Shown: piece after piece, positions 1 through 13,567 of the stretch
Position numbering within the stretch: position 1 is the stretch's first letter
How the letters are laid out: every line of letters starts with the position of its first letter
Source: Octopus bimaculoides
Lineage: Eukaryota
Assembly (NCBI RefSeq): GCF_001194135.2
Contig: NC_068985.1
Span: 40,049,766-40,113,765, forward strand
DNA: 64,000 nucleotides
Reading direction: 5' to 3'
The notes under the pieces: generated by a model
Told to the model about the DNA's origin: nothing
The model's database searches: none
Seen by the model: only the letters and a program-made list of their open reading frames with translations
Translations under genes and position numbers: made by a program

Positions 1-17
1 ATATATTACTAATATTA

Positions 18-465
18 AGGTGGCAAGCTGGCAGAAACGTTAGCACACCAGGCAAAATACTTAGCAGTATTTTGTCTGTCTTTATGTTCTGAGTTCAAAT
101 TCTGCCAAGGTCGACTTTGCCTTTCATCCTTTCAGGGTCGATAAATTAAGTACCAGTTGCATATTGGGGTCAATTTAATTGACTGGGCCCCCTCCCCTAA
201 AATTTCAGGCCTTGTGCCTAGAGTAGAAAAGAATATATTATTAATATTAAGGAGGTGAGCTGGCAGAATTGTTAGCACACCGGGCAAAATACTTAGTGGC
301 TTTTCATCCATCTTTACATTCCGAGTTCAAATTCTGTTGAGGTCAACTTTATCATTCGTTCTTTCAGAGTACATAAAATAAGTACCAATTGAATACTGGA
401 GTTGATACAATCGACTTAAATCCTCCCCGAAATTTTCTGACCTTGTACCAATATTTGAAACCAAT
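18..465 (+). mobile_element. Two adjacent copies of tRNA-derived SINE family B (head ggcgagctggcagaa...gagttcaaattc)
   Basis: Two similar ~215-bp units (18-235, 250-465) with a B-box-like GAGTTCAAATTC. The same family recurs many times in the window. Confidence 0.8.
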
Positions 466-470
466 ATATT

Positions 471-865
471 TACTCTTTTACTTATTTCAGTCATTTGACT
501 GCAGCCATGCTGGAGCACCGCCTTTAGTTGAGCAAATTGACCCCAGGATTTATTCTTTGGAAGTCTAGTACTTATTCTATCGGTCTCTTTTTGCCGAACC
601 GCTAAGTTACAGGGACGTAAACACCAGCATCGGTTGTCAAGCGATGGTGGGGGGACAAACACAGACACACAAACACACATACATATATATATTTATATAT
701 ATATATACGAAGGGTTTCTTTCAGTTTCCGTCTACCAAATCCACTCACAAGGCTTTGGTCGGCCCAAGGCTATAGTAGAAGACACTTGCACAAGGTGCCA
801 CACAGTGGGACTGAACCCGGAACCATGTGGTTGGTAAGCAAGCTACTTACCTTACAGCCACTCCT
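471..865 (-). mobile_element. SINE family A (~400 bp, tRNA-like head, internal (TA/CA)n, GTAAAAGA tail)
   Basis: High similarity to the copies at 1698, 7786 and 42443. On the minus strand the head reads ggctgt...ggtaagtagcttgcttaccaaccacatggttccgggttcagtccc. Confidence 0.9.
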
Positions 866-1616
866 ATTTCACTGAATTGGGCAAATAATGTATTAATTTT
901 TTTTAAACTGGCATATTGCCACCAATTTATAAAAGTGGGTTATAGTCACTAGATTGACACTAGTACATTACTGGTGCTTATCTTATCAACCCCAAAGGGG
1001 AATGAAGAGGAAATCTTCCCTGGCAGAATACAAACTTGAAATGTAGACAAAGGAAACTAAAATTTAGTTTTGTACATTTTGGATAGTAGACTTAATATGT
1101 TACCTAGTTTAACCCCACTACTTGGCTCATGGATGCTGTTAGAGGAGTCAACTGTTGCAAGCATTTAAGCCAGGCCTCTGGTCTGAGAATAACTTCCTTC
1201 TGTGATTAGTGTCTTGGGAAGTGTTATCTAAAAGTTGTCTAAACTTTTGTTACTTCATTACACCATTTAGAAGATGACAAGACAGTGAGAAAATGGATGG
1301 ACATATAATTAATAAATGGAACTAGGTCAGCAAATACATATAACCAGACAGGATGCTGTGGAACATGGAAGATAATAGTAAGGATTATTCATGAATCCTA
1401 TCTGTGATAATCTGCAAAAAGTAGTAATGATGGATAACCAGATAGCACTGATACATCACAGAGAACAAAATAATTAAATACAAAACAGTCATGACCGATT
1501 TTAACACTGAATAGTTTAACTTTCAACAAGTAACAATAACTTGATAGAGAGTAAGTTAAAGAAAAGAAGATATTAGTTGAAGTCTCTTTAGTTTAGTACA
1601 TCTAATGTGTGTATGC

Positions 1617-1653
<37 letters not shown>

Positions 1654-1697
1654 TGTGTGTGTGTGTGTGTGTATGGGTGTGAATGTGTGTGCATATA

Positions 1698-2053
1698 TAC
1701 TCTTTTACTTGTTTCAGTCATTTGACTGCAGCCATGCTGGAGCACCACCTTTTAGTTGAGCAAATCGACTCCAGGACTTATTATTTCTAAGCCTAGTACT
1801 TATTGTATCGGTCTCTTTTGCCGAACCGCTAAGTTACGAGGATGTAAACACACCAGCATCGGTTGTCAAACGATGTTGGGGGGACATACACAGACACACA
1901 AACACACACATATATACGATGGACTTCTTTCAGTTTCCGTCTACCAAATTCACTCACAAGGCTTTGGTTGGCCCAAGGCTATAGTAGAAGACACTTGCCC
2001 AAGATGCCACACAGTGGGACTGAACCCGGAACCATGTGGTTGGTAAGCAAGCT
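1698..2053 (-). mobile_element. SINE family A copy, head truncated
   Basis: Aligns by eye with 471-865. Confidence 0.88.
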
Positions 2054-2469
2054 GCGAGTATGAATGTACAAGTAAGTGTATCTATATGTATACATGGATA
2101 TACATAGTGATGGTGATGCAACTGTCCGAAGACGAAAATTATGAGTATGTATATATATATCCAAGAATGACTCATGGGACTTTATTGGAAAGTAAAGTAG
2201 AGCAGAAATCAAGTAACAATGGGCTCTTGTGTTATTCATCTATACCAGTCATGAGCAAACTGTGGTCCACGAGACTTTCTGAATGGCACACCTAACGAAA
2301 AATTACCACAAATATTTTTTAGTAGTGCAGCCCACCTGATGATGAACCATGTCTTCTCAAAAAAGGTTGCCTGCACTTTACCTATGTCAATCCGAGTTCA
2401 CAAAGAATTGGAAAATTAAGTGCTGGAACATAAAAGGGGAAAGGCCTATCATTATATCTATAGATTGTG

Positions 2470-2685
2470 AAGGCAGTGAGCTGGCAGAATCATTAGCTCA
2501 CCAGGCAAAATGTTTAGCGCCATTTCATGTCTTCACACTCTGAATTCAAAATTTACCAAGGTCAACTTTACCTTTCATCCTTTTGGGGTTGATAAAACAA
2601 GTACTAGTCAAGCACTGGGGTCAACAAAATTGACTTATCTCTGCCCCGAAATTGCTGGCCTTGTGCCAAAATTTGAAATCTTTAT
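2470..2685 (+). mobile_element. SINE family B copy
   Basis: aggcagtgagctggcagaatc...tctgaattcaaaattt...ggccttgtgcc, as at 18-235. Confidence 0.8.
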
Positions 2686-3715
2686 ATCCATAGATTGTAT
2701 ATTATATCCACTTTAGTAAATACTGGTAAGTCTGAAGGAAGAATGTTTTAAGAGTTCACACACGTATGGTAGATGCAGTCATGTAATTCTGGCTTTAGTC
2801 ACACAGCGTGGCACTTTGTGCAAGTGTCTTTTATTATTAGGCTGAACAAGGCCTTGTGAATGGAATTGGCAGATGGGTACTAAGAAAAAAAAAACTCACC
2901 ATGCATGTATGTGTATACACACATACACACACACACACATTATATATGTATGTGCATGTGTGTGCGAGTCCCTTTGTCTATTCTCAACACATTGCCTAAG
3001 TGAAATGGTGTCTTTGTTTGCATTCTTTGCTAAGTGAAATTCCAATTGTGATGTGTGCATGTCAGTATCCTCATCATCATCGTTTTAACATTCATTTTTC
3101 TTTGCTCGCATGGGCCAGAATTTTTTGAGATATGGCCAGATATATATGCACCTACACATGCATACATGCACACACACACACAAGGTTCTTTCAATTTCCA
3201 TCAATCAAATCCTACTAATAAGGCTTTGATTGAGTAGGGAGCTATAATATTGCCCCAAAGTGCCAGGCATGGCATTGAACCCCAAACCATATGGTTAGGA
3301 AGGAGACTGCTTAGCCACAACCATTTGTGCTCACACACACATGCATATCCAGTTACATAGACACATGTTACTGACTTGAAACTAAAATACTAAATGTTCA
3401 AACAGACATAAATAATGTTTATACACAAACATATTAAATAATGGAGAAAAAAAAACAAGAAGGAAGAGAGAGAAAATAGTTCTTTCCATTCACTGGATAT
3501 CAAATTTGTTCAACATTGAAATAAATAAATAAATAAATAAAATTGTAACAAATTTTCATACAGCATGAAATTCCTGTTCAGCAAAAAAGACCAATTGTGT
3601 ATATCTCAATTTAAAGAGTATTAAAAAAATTAAATAATATATATTACAAATGTGAAAGAATTTTAAGAATTTGTAACAATAATAAAGATAAATAAATAAT
3701 ACAAATGCAAGTACA

Positions 3716-3782
<67 letters not shown>

Positions 3783-4246
3783 AGACAATAATTTGAAAAC
3801 CAGTTTGGAATATAAAAATCAACATTTCCAGAGAGGAATGTGAATGAAGCAAGTGCACGTCCAATATCCATGCTGGCCTGGGTAGGACAGTTTAACAGGG
3901 GTTGACTAGCTGGAGAAATGTCCAGGCTCCATTTGTCTGTTATGGCATGGTTTCTATGGCTGGATACCCTTCCTAACACCAATAATTTTACAGAGTGTAG
4001 TAGGTACTTTTATGTGGAACTGGCACAGGTGCTTTTACATGGCACTGGCATAGGTACAGTTATGTGGCACCAGCCCCCATGAGCCTGCAAGATTAGGATC
4101 TCTTGGCTGAAAGAGGGATGTAGAGGACATACCTGTGTGCTTGGATAGCCATAATTTTACTTAACTTGGCATGCCTTCTCAAGTAAAGCAAACCACCAGA
4201 AGTCTTAGTCCCTTGTCATCCCCCACTCTCTCTCGCATATATATTA

Positions 4247-4278
<32 letters not shown>

Positions 4279-4290
4279 CATCGTCATCAT

Positions 4291-4422
4291 CTGGTGAAAC
4301 CGGATGGCAACACCAGGCGCCAAATTAGACTGGAGCCTGGTGTTGCCATCCGGTTTCACCAGTCCTCAGTCAAATCGTCCAACCCATGCTAGCATGGAAA
4401 GCGGACGTTAAACGATGATGAT
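4291..4422 (+). mobile_element. 5'-truncated RTE-type 3' end with (GAT)n tail and a fold-back 5' end
   Basis: Ends ccaacccatgctagcatggaaagcggacgttaaacgatgatga. The same terminus occurs inverted at 4427-4500. Confidence 0.7.
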
Positions 4423-4426
4423 GATC

Positions 4427-5720
4427 ATCATCATCATCATCATCACCATCATTTAATGTCTGTTGTCCATGCTGGCATGGGTTGAGCAGTTTGACTGGGC
4501 TGGCATGCCGGAAGGCAGCACCAGATTCCAGTCTGATTTGGCATGGTTTTCTATAGCTGGATGCCCTTCCTAATGCCAACCACTCCAAAAGTGTAATGGG
4601 TGCTTTTACGTGCCACCAGCATGAGTGCCATTTGCATGACACTGGGATGCGTTTACATTCCACTGGTACAGGTGCCAATTTGCATGACACCGGTATCTGC
4701 CACAACTGCAATTTTGCTCAGCTTGATGGGTCTTCTCAAGCACAACATAATGCCAAAGGTCTTGGTCATTGCCTCCATGAAGCCCAACACTCAAAAGGAA
4801 CCCATCCACCTTGCCTTCGTGAGGCCCAACACTCAAAAGGAACCCAACCAATTTGCCTTTGTGAGGCCCAATGCTTGAAAGGAACCCAGCCACTTTGCCT
4901 CCGTGAGGCTCAACATTCAAAAGCTGTTCTTTACGTGCCACCAGCACAGGTGCACTTGGCTTGACAGGTCCTCTCAAGCACAGCACATCGCCAAAGGTTT
5001 TGGTCACCAGTCATTGCCTCTGTGAGGCTCAAAGTTCAAAGATCATGCTTCACCACCTCGTCCCATGTCTTCCTGGGTCTACCTCTACCACAGGTTCCCT
5101 CCGCAGTTAGAGATCGACATTTATTTTTACACAGCTGTCCTCGTCCATACCAGTACAGTCGTCTCTCTTGCACACCACATCTGATTGCTCTTATACCTAA
5201 CTTTTCTCTCAAGATGTTTACATGCCATTGAACATGCACATTGACATTGCACATTCAGCAAAGCATACTGGTTTCATTTCTTTCAAGCCTATGCATGTCC
5301 TTGGCTGTCATAGCCCATGTTTCACTGCTATGCAGTATAGCTGTTCGCACATAGGCATCAAACAATCTGTCTTTCACTCTAAGAGAAAGGCACCCCTACT
5401 ACTAACTTGGTCACCTAGATAGCAGAAGCTATCTTACTATCTTTAGCTTGTCCCTCTGGCAGATGATGGAGTCTATTTTCTGTGCATTTTCAGCATTTAT
5501 TGCACCTGTGCACCTTCCACATACAAAAGTTAGTTTCCTTGTTAACCTTCCTCTGATGTTGTTGCACCGTGTCCAAAGCTTACACTCATGGAGTTTCTAC
5601 CTACACCTTTTCAATGGATTGAGCAGGGCCATCTATCTGAAGGGATTTGTGATTTGTCTGCCTTCCTACTTACTATGACTTTTGGTTTTTCCCTTTGATT
5701 CTAGACCTTGCTTCCATACC
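4427..5720 (-). mobile_element. Decayed RTE-clade LINE 3' portion (C-terminal ORF remnant, 3' UTR with 45-bp repeats, GAT tail)
   Basis: The minus strand encodes ...SETWAMTAKDMHRLERNE...LREKLGIRAIRCGVQERRLYWYG...GRGRPRKTWDEVVKHDL, typical of RTE C-termini. Stops and frameshifts are present. Confidence 0.8.
4770..4922. repeat. ~45-bp minisatellite, 3.5-4 copies (ttgcctccgtgaggcccaacactcaaaaggaaccc...)
   Basis: Repeated units are directly visible. Confidence 0.8.
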
Positions 5721-7785
5721 TGGAACTTCTTCAGTTAACAACAGGTAAAGAACAAAATGCTTTTGCAGTGTTTGTGTGAATTCATAATTAGCAAATTTTA
5801 ATCAATCAAGTGATGTACAGGAGGCTGACTGTTATTAAGTAATATAAAGTAGATTAGTATTTTTATCTAGAATAAGTACTAGGCTTACAAACAATAAGTC
5901 CTGGAGTCGATTTGCTTGACTAAAGGCGGTGCTCCAGCATGGCCACAGTCAAAATGACTGAAACGAATAAAAGAATATAGTTTGAGTTGTAAATGAAATA
6001 ATTAACATTTAATCATCAGTATACACTTGTCTGTAACCAAAGTGATGATGCTGTACATGCAGATGAAATGAGTTTAATACAACAAAATTTGACTCACAAG
6101 CAATGGCTATGAATTTTAATTTTAACACTTTCTCATTCTGCCTTGTATTACTTACATCCACCCTGATATCAAAAGGATTAAACCTTACTGGCTTGGTCTA
6201 CCTTACACCAAACTACTCATTTACAAGTTTCAGTCAGCAGGCTGAGGCCATGTTGGAGCACCAGCATCATGTGTATATTTTCTAAATGAAGAGTGGAGGC
6301 AAAATAAATAAATAGAATTTACATATAAGCAACAGGAATGTAATAAACCCAGGAACACAATGATTCATATGAAAGAGAATCAAAACTGAGTAACTGAGTG
6401 CTCTCTTTTGACTATGGTATTTGAGCCATTTGTGTTTACATCCACACTGAATTTAAATTAAATAAAACTGAGTCAACAAAAGACTGTCTGAATATTTGTT
6501 TGACCTCTGAGAAATAGCAACCAAAGAGCCTTCAAATCACAGCCAACTGTCTTGATAAACAAGACACTTATTTGATAACATCATCCTAGATACACTATGA
6601 CTAAATAAAAGTAAAGAAGATCACAGCTGGAATGCCTTTAACTATATATTGCTGTATTTTGGTTGACTTGTGACTGAACATCATCATCAACAAGTAAATA
6701 CAATCTACTGTATAAACTACTCTGGTGGTGTTGCATAGATGTGATCAGCTCTGCTCAAGAAGACCCCATGGAAGTAAGATATCAAATAAGGTTTATAGTG
6801 AAGACCTTGTGTCATAGATGTGAATGCACTTCAAGATGCATGGCTTGGACAGTGCCAATTAGCTTATAATACATAGGGTTTGTGTATGACTTAATTTTGG
6901 TCAAATAGAGAAATAGCTTAGATATGCATGCTCAGAGATGGGAAAAGAGAAAGGAGAGAAAATATTGATGAGTCAGCAACAGATTATTTACAAAAGAACA
7001 AAGCAACATTGAAATTGTATATTGAACACTGACAGATCGAAGGAATGTAGATGTTGCAAATCTAAAAACAAAAATAATAATAAATAAAACAAATACAACA
7101 AAATGCAAAAAAAAAACAATAATAATAAAATAGTGAAAGTCAGAGTGGAAGAAAGAAGAGTATTACAGAGAGAGGCAGGCGTCTGCTAGACAAACAAAAT
7201 AGATCAATAAATTGTAATTATTATAATAATATTGATAATAGTAGAATGTTTGTAGTGGGGTACAAGAAAATGAATTGGATTGCCACCATGTAAAAAAAAA
7301 AAAGAAAAGAAAAAGATAAATGGAGACCAAAATGAAACAAGGAAAACCTGTTTAAAGTTGTATGATAATGTTTGGGGAATTTACCGTTATTGTTAATCCG
7401 TATTTTTTTAATATGTAATTTTGACTTTAACAAACAATTTCAGAGACACATTACACACAACATGGTGAAAAAAGAAAAAAACTGGAAAATTAATAAATAT
7501 AAACACATTTAGCTTTCCACCATGCAAAACTGACAAGGAAGGTGAGCAATAAAATACTTGGCACTGGTGAGAGAAGCAACATTAGTCATGCATATAGGAC
7601 CATTCTATGTCATAAGTTCAATACCAAGTTAAGAAATATAAATTAAATATGATAAACCATAACTAAAGCAATAAAATTTTGTTTTAAACGACCATTTTAA
7701 TTTTAAAATTATAAAAATAAGGAAATTTAGCTTGAAAATCTAATTGATGTCATTAAAGACAATAGTTTTTGATTGGTTTGTGTAT

Positions 7786-8186
7786 CTCTTTTACTCTTTT
7801 ACCTGTTTCAGTCATTTGACTGTGGCCATGCTGGAGCACTGCCTTTAGTCGAGCAAATTGACCCCGGGACTTATTTTTTGTAAGCCTAGTACTTATTCTA
7901 TCGGTCTCTTTTGCCAAACCACTAAGTGGCGGGGACATAAACATACCAGCATTGGTTGTCAAGCAATGCTAGGGGGGGACAAACACAGACACACAAACAC
8001 ACACGCGTATATATACATATATACGACGGGCTTCTTTCAGTTTCCGTCTACCAAATCCACTCACAAGACTTTGGTCGGCCCGAGGCTATAGTAGAAGACA
8101 CTTGCCTAAGATTCCACGCAGTGGGACTGAACCCGGAACCATGTGGTTGGTAAGCAAACTACTTACCACACAGCCACTCCTACGCC
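7786..8186 (-). mobile_element. SINE family A, full length
   Basis: Aligns with 471-865 and 42443-42895. Confidence 0.9.
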
Positions 8187-9366
8187 TATATATGTGTGTT
8201 TTCGTCAGAGTAATAAGGGCAATGCCCATGATCTTTTTGCAAAGTCCCAAGATTGATGAAGTGTGGGTGGATAGGAGAGAAACCAGAATTCAGGGGTTTC
8301 CAGAGTAGGATGCAGCACATCAGTGTATGAGATTAACCTCAGACTTGATGTTGAAAGCTTATAACAAATTGAAATCTTCTCAAGGCACCGAAGAGCTAGG
8401 TAGTAATATTAAATTGAGTTATGAAGTTCCAGTGGGATTGAACCCAGAACCATGTGGTTGGGAAGCAAACTTCTTACCACACTGCTATGCCTGACTTTTA
8501 AATCAAAATTTAATATAGTAATTTTATATTATTACTATAATTGTTTCTAACACATTGATCAACTGTCTTTAGGTTACACCAGATTAAAAGTTTAAACAAA
8601 TGAATCCTATGGAAAGATACATTAATACCCATGGAACTGATGATACAGAAAGGTCTTTTAACAAGGTCAACAATTAAATCAGAAGCGGAAATTATAAGAA
8701 TAAAACAAAATTAAACAAAGAAAACAAATAATAAAAATAAAAATAGGAAATAAATAGAAATGAAGACAAAAAATGAAAAAGCACAATTAAGTTGAATAAC
8801 TGAAATTTTGTTTTATGAAAGTTATAAAATAACCTTATTTGTTTTGCATTTCTATTTGCCTTTTTTTTTTTTTTACCTCAATGAAATAAATTTAACAATA
8901 ATTGAAATTTCTATTTCTCAGGCTCAAGCCCCCATAATTATATTGGAAAGACATTGAGTGAATGAGACTGTGATGTTCATACTTTTCTTAAGATTATATC
9001 AACAATAAAAGTAAATTGACTCCATTTGAAATATCAATATGGTTACTGCTATTGGAGGAGGTTGGGGTAAATTGACTACATGATATATTCCCTGACAGTG
9101 TTGATGTATGCATGTGTGTGTTTGTGTAGATGGTATATAGATTGACTATATACACAGTGATAGTGTCAATGAGGGTGGTAAATTGACTGACAACACATTC
9201 ACCAACAGTGAGTGTATTGTCAAGGTTAAATTACTCCTTTATCAAGATAATGTTACAAGAGGTGAAGCTGGGGTGAGGTACCAGACTATCAGTTTGCTGA
9301 ACAAAGAAGAAATGGTTCATTTCCTGTGACCAACTTTGGTCTGTGGTCTGTAAGACAACCACTTAA

Positions 9367-9578
9367 CCCTTTTGTTTCCATATCTCTGTTGAAATGTACA
9401 GATTCTGTTTAAAGTAATTTTGAAATTAGAAAAGAATTTAAGTAAAAACAACATTAATCATTAATAAGCTGGTGTTTAGAACCTAAATTAACATGAAATT
9501 AAGGTGGACAGTTTTAATTTAAGAGGGGAATTTTATATCATAGAAACAGAATTTCAGGTGGAATTGGAATCAAAAGGG
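9367..9578. mobile_element. piggyBac-type MITE (212 bp)
   Basis: TTAA on both sides (9363-9366, 9579-9582). Termini cccttttgtttcca / tggaatcaaaaggg (13 of 14 complementary). Confidence 0.75.
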
Positions 9579-9775
9579 TTAAACCTTACTGGCTTGGTCT
9601 ACATTACACCAAATAGACACTATATATGAGTAGATGCAGCTTACTGTTGTAGGTAGTGGGAACACTGTGTAATTATACAATTAAGATGTACTTTTTTTAA
9701 CTTGCAAAAATGTTGAATTTATAAAGAAATGTAATCAAATGTTGCAAAGTATTTGGTCCAGTGTTCAAGTATTTC

Positions 9776-10350
9776 GGATCTTTTTTAAAACGGGGGCCAC
9801 ATTTTTCATTAACAAAACACTTTGAAACTTAGAACACTGGTAGAATGTGTCATATAAAACATCTTTTTCTCTTAGTCTTCTTAAAAAAAAAAAGAAATCC
9901 ATAAGTTATTCCATGTTAAAGTTGTCGTATTTCTGTAATTTCAACCAATCACTGACGTCCATTCAGCCGATATACATTAAGTGCCGACTACATAAACAAA
10001 CGATTCTGAAACAATTAACCCTAACCCTAACCCTAGGGTTAGGGTTAGGGTTAGGGTTAAAGCAAATTTAAAATGAAAAAAGCAAATAAAACGAAGGTAT
10101 GGAGATTAAATACGCTTTACATCGCTTAATCAGCCAAAGGAGTAAATATAAACAACTGAATACTTGTCAGTGATTGGTTGAAATTATCGAAATAAGACAA
10201 TTTTTTACATGAAATAAATTCGAATACAAAAATATTTTTCTGTTCTATAACACAAAATAAATAAGTATACGAAGTTTGAAAGTCTTTCCGTACCAAAAAC
10301 ACTACGTAAAACATTAATGAAAAATGTGGCCCCCGTTTTAAAATAGATCC
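9776..10350. mobile_element. Non-autonomous DNA transposon (575 bp), Merlin/IS1016-like termini, with a central telomeric palindrome
   Basis: Perfect 8-bp TSD AGTATTTC (9768-9775, 10351-10358). 37-bp TIRs starting GGATC with 1 mismatch. 5'-GG termini with 8-9-bp TSDs are the described Merlin signature. Confidence 0.85.
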
Positions 10351-11297
10351 AGTATTTCTGTTACCCAACACTCTTCTTATAATATTATTAATTTATTTAC
10401 TATTACACAGGTACAGGGCTACACATTTCTGAAATGACCCCAATACCTATTCTGACTCTAGTACTTATACTAATAATGACACTTATGTGCATGTGTTTGT
10501 AAATATACATAATTAAATAAATAAACACCGAGAGCAAACATATGCATATTATTAAGATAGCAACACTTGCTAAACAACAAAAACAACAGCCATAGAAAAG
10601 GAACAACACAGCTGGGTGGGTTCAGCCACTGGAGGTGGGTGCACAGAGAGGGAAGGATTTGCTTTTGTCTTAGCTTATACTTCCACTTACCCAAAATCTC
10701 TAGAATAGGAAATTATACGAAGTGGGCTCGCTTTACTGAAATGGCAAGAAATAAGGAAATTTGGCATTCAATTAATTATTCATTTACATTATTATTACAA
10801 CTAGTATTATTATAAAATTCAGAGACACAAAATTTGAAGGAGCTGTAAATATGATCATGGCATAAAGGAAAAAATATGAAGCATAGACAGACCAAATACG
10901 ATGAGAGAAGATTTAAAAAATGAAATACATGTATCAAAAAAAATATAATGCAAATCATATGCAAATAATGAATTTCAAAGGCTTCCTAAAACTTGTAGGA
11001 CTGATATGGATGATGTTCGGTTTAAACATTTTGTTCAACATCTACAAATGGGAGAGAAATCCAGAGGGTTGGCATTTTGAGAAGGAAGGATGTAGTAAAG
11101 TGGTTAATGTGGACTTAAGAGTATGGATAGTGAGAAAAGGGAAAACCTATGTGTTGAGTGAACATAGGGGAGAGTGATGTCTAAACTCGGTAGTTCCAAG
11201 AAGACACCATTGTAGAAGTAACAAACTAGGCAGAGTGAGGAGACATTCCTTCTAGTGAGTAGATAATTCCTTGTCACATGGATAGCTTTCTTTTGGA

Positions 11298-11343
<46 letters not shown>

Positions 11344-11736
11344 ACATGTGCAAGCATGCACATATGCATGTATACATGTATTTAATTAACAGTTATGGCA
11401 TCCCAGATGTGTAATGCATTTTGGATCTTAACTGGGATTTGTAGAGTCAGGAACTGATTAAACCTGAAGTATTTCTTGACCTTCACGAGGAAGACTTGTA
11501 TTGTGAAACCTATATTAATTAATGAGTTAGGAAAACTCCATAAGAGTGTCTCAAAATATTTACCTAAACTATATTTTAACCCTTTAACCACATTTCTGTT
11601 TCAATTCATTTAGAAAATAATCAACGATCTGGAGAGATTTTAAAGAAAATTAACTTTTCATTATCAAAGTAGTGTTTGAAACAGGAAAAGATTCTGATAT
11701 AAAATTACAATGGAAGGCTTTAACTTAAACCTTTTA

Positions 11737-11950
11737 TCTTTTACTTGTCTCAGTGATTAGACTGCGGCCATGCTGGGGCACCACCTTGAAGAATTTTTAG
11801 TCGAATGTAACGACCCCAGTACATATTTTTTTAAAGCTTGGTACTTATTCTATCAGTCTCTTTTGCCAAACAGCTAAGTTACAGGGACATAAACACACCA
11901 ACACCGATTGTCAAGCAGTAGTGGGGGGACAAAAACACAGACACAAAGAC
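11737..11950 (-). mobile_element. SINE family A, 3' half
   Basis: cttttacttgtctcagtga...ccatgctggggcacc...ggggacaaaaacacag matches family A. Confidence 0.75.
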
Positions 11951-12404
11951 ATTTTAAAATGGCTCATTGGGTTAAGTTTTCAGATTTTCTTTTTTTTCTT
12001 TAGAATAGAAAGAAGATAAAGTGGAAGAGAAAAGTAATGCCTGTAGTTTAAAGGTGATAGGGATAACTGATTTTGACGTTTGTGCCATTGAGGTTAATGC
12101 GTTGAAGGATGTAAAGAGGGTGGAGACAATATTCATATAGCTAGTTCAGAGCAGCAGAAGATTGAGTCAGTAAGAATTAAGTGCTGGCCATGAACAGAGG
12201 GCAACATTCAATACTCTAGCAACTCAACCAGCAGCAATTCTGCATAATCACACCTACAACCAAGTACTTACATTCATGACTATGCATACACAATCATGAC
12301 AAGAACTTTAGTTGTAGAACTCTGAGTGATAGCATATTAAACAACAGTTGAGAGGCCTGTGGTTTGTATTCTGCCATAGGTATTATGCTATGTTCTTTTC
12401 TACT

Positions 12405-12590
12405 CTAGGTACAAGGCCCGAAATTTTTGGGGAGGGGGGGCAGCAGTCAATTACATCAACCCCAGTATGCAACTGGTACTATATTTATTGACCCTAAAAG
12501 GATGAAAGGCAAAGTCAACCTTGGCGGAATTTGAACTCAGAATGTAAAGACAGACAAAATACCACTAAGCATTTTGCCCACTAAGCATTT
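12405..12590 (-). mobile_element. SINE family B copy
   Basis: Reverse complement of the family B body and B box (gaatttgaactcagaa). Confidence 0.8.
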
Positions 12591-12696
12591 GAAGAGTTTC
12601 ATTTACTAATATCAATTCCAGTACTTATCTTAACCAGGAAACTGTTTTATCAATCTCTGTTAATTCAATGGTTAGACCACAATTTTTGACAGTAAG

Positions 12697-12737
<41 letters not shown>

Positions 12738-13567
12738 GGGTGTTCCGTAACTTATTCAGGCTGATCCAAGTGCCTGTAGCTTTGGAGTCTTCCTGATGTC
12801 AATCCAGTTCATTGGATGATGTAAACTGGAAAAGAAAAACAGACTACTTCCTGAAATGGCATGGACAGGAGCATACAACTAGTTGATTGATAGATGAAAG
12901 CATATAATTAGCTGGTTGTCAGCTGACATTACAATACATATAATCTTTAGCCATGAGTCAGCAGAGAAAATATGGGGGAGGAGATGAAAGGGATGAGGGT
13001 ATATGGATAGTGATTGGGGTGGCAGTATCATTTCCTATTTTAAAAATTACTATTTGCTGGAAGCGTACAATAGGTATGGTAGAGAGAAGGTGAAGGAGTG
13101 AATTATGACAAGTCTTTAACTGATTAGTGAAATGGTAAAATGAGTTGGCATGGGACAGAAGGGGCAGGGTATGATCTCAACAGTACTGAGAGCTATACCT
13201 AAAATCAATACCAGAAATGCAATACCAGGAATGTGCAACACAGTTTGGAATATGAAGGTTTGGTATTCACTTTGATGCACTGTAATTATCAATCTGTCAT
13301 GAAAGACCAAGACTCACCTACACATAAATTTACATTGACGCGGCAACATATACATCATACAAAGCAAGGGAAATTTGATGATGAAGCAAAAAACTAACAA
13401 TTAATTAATCAGTTAATCAGTCACTCAATATAAATGTGTTTGTGTGTGTGTGTGTGCATACATATATATAAACACACGTCTATACATACATATACATGTA
13501 TGTATATATATATATCTGGGTGTGCATATATACACACACACACACATTCATACACATGTATATTATA

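Noticed and set aside
327-8308. Many 60-130-aa ORFs, including recurring ...CHTVGLNPEPCGW peptides
   Set aside because: They are translations of SINE family A and microsatellites; the recurrence reflects the repeat, not a gene family.
10016-10056. Ancient chromosome end-to-end fusion site
   Set aside because: Only 3-4 repeats per side, and they lie inside an element with TIRs and a perfect TSD.
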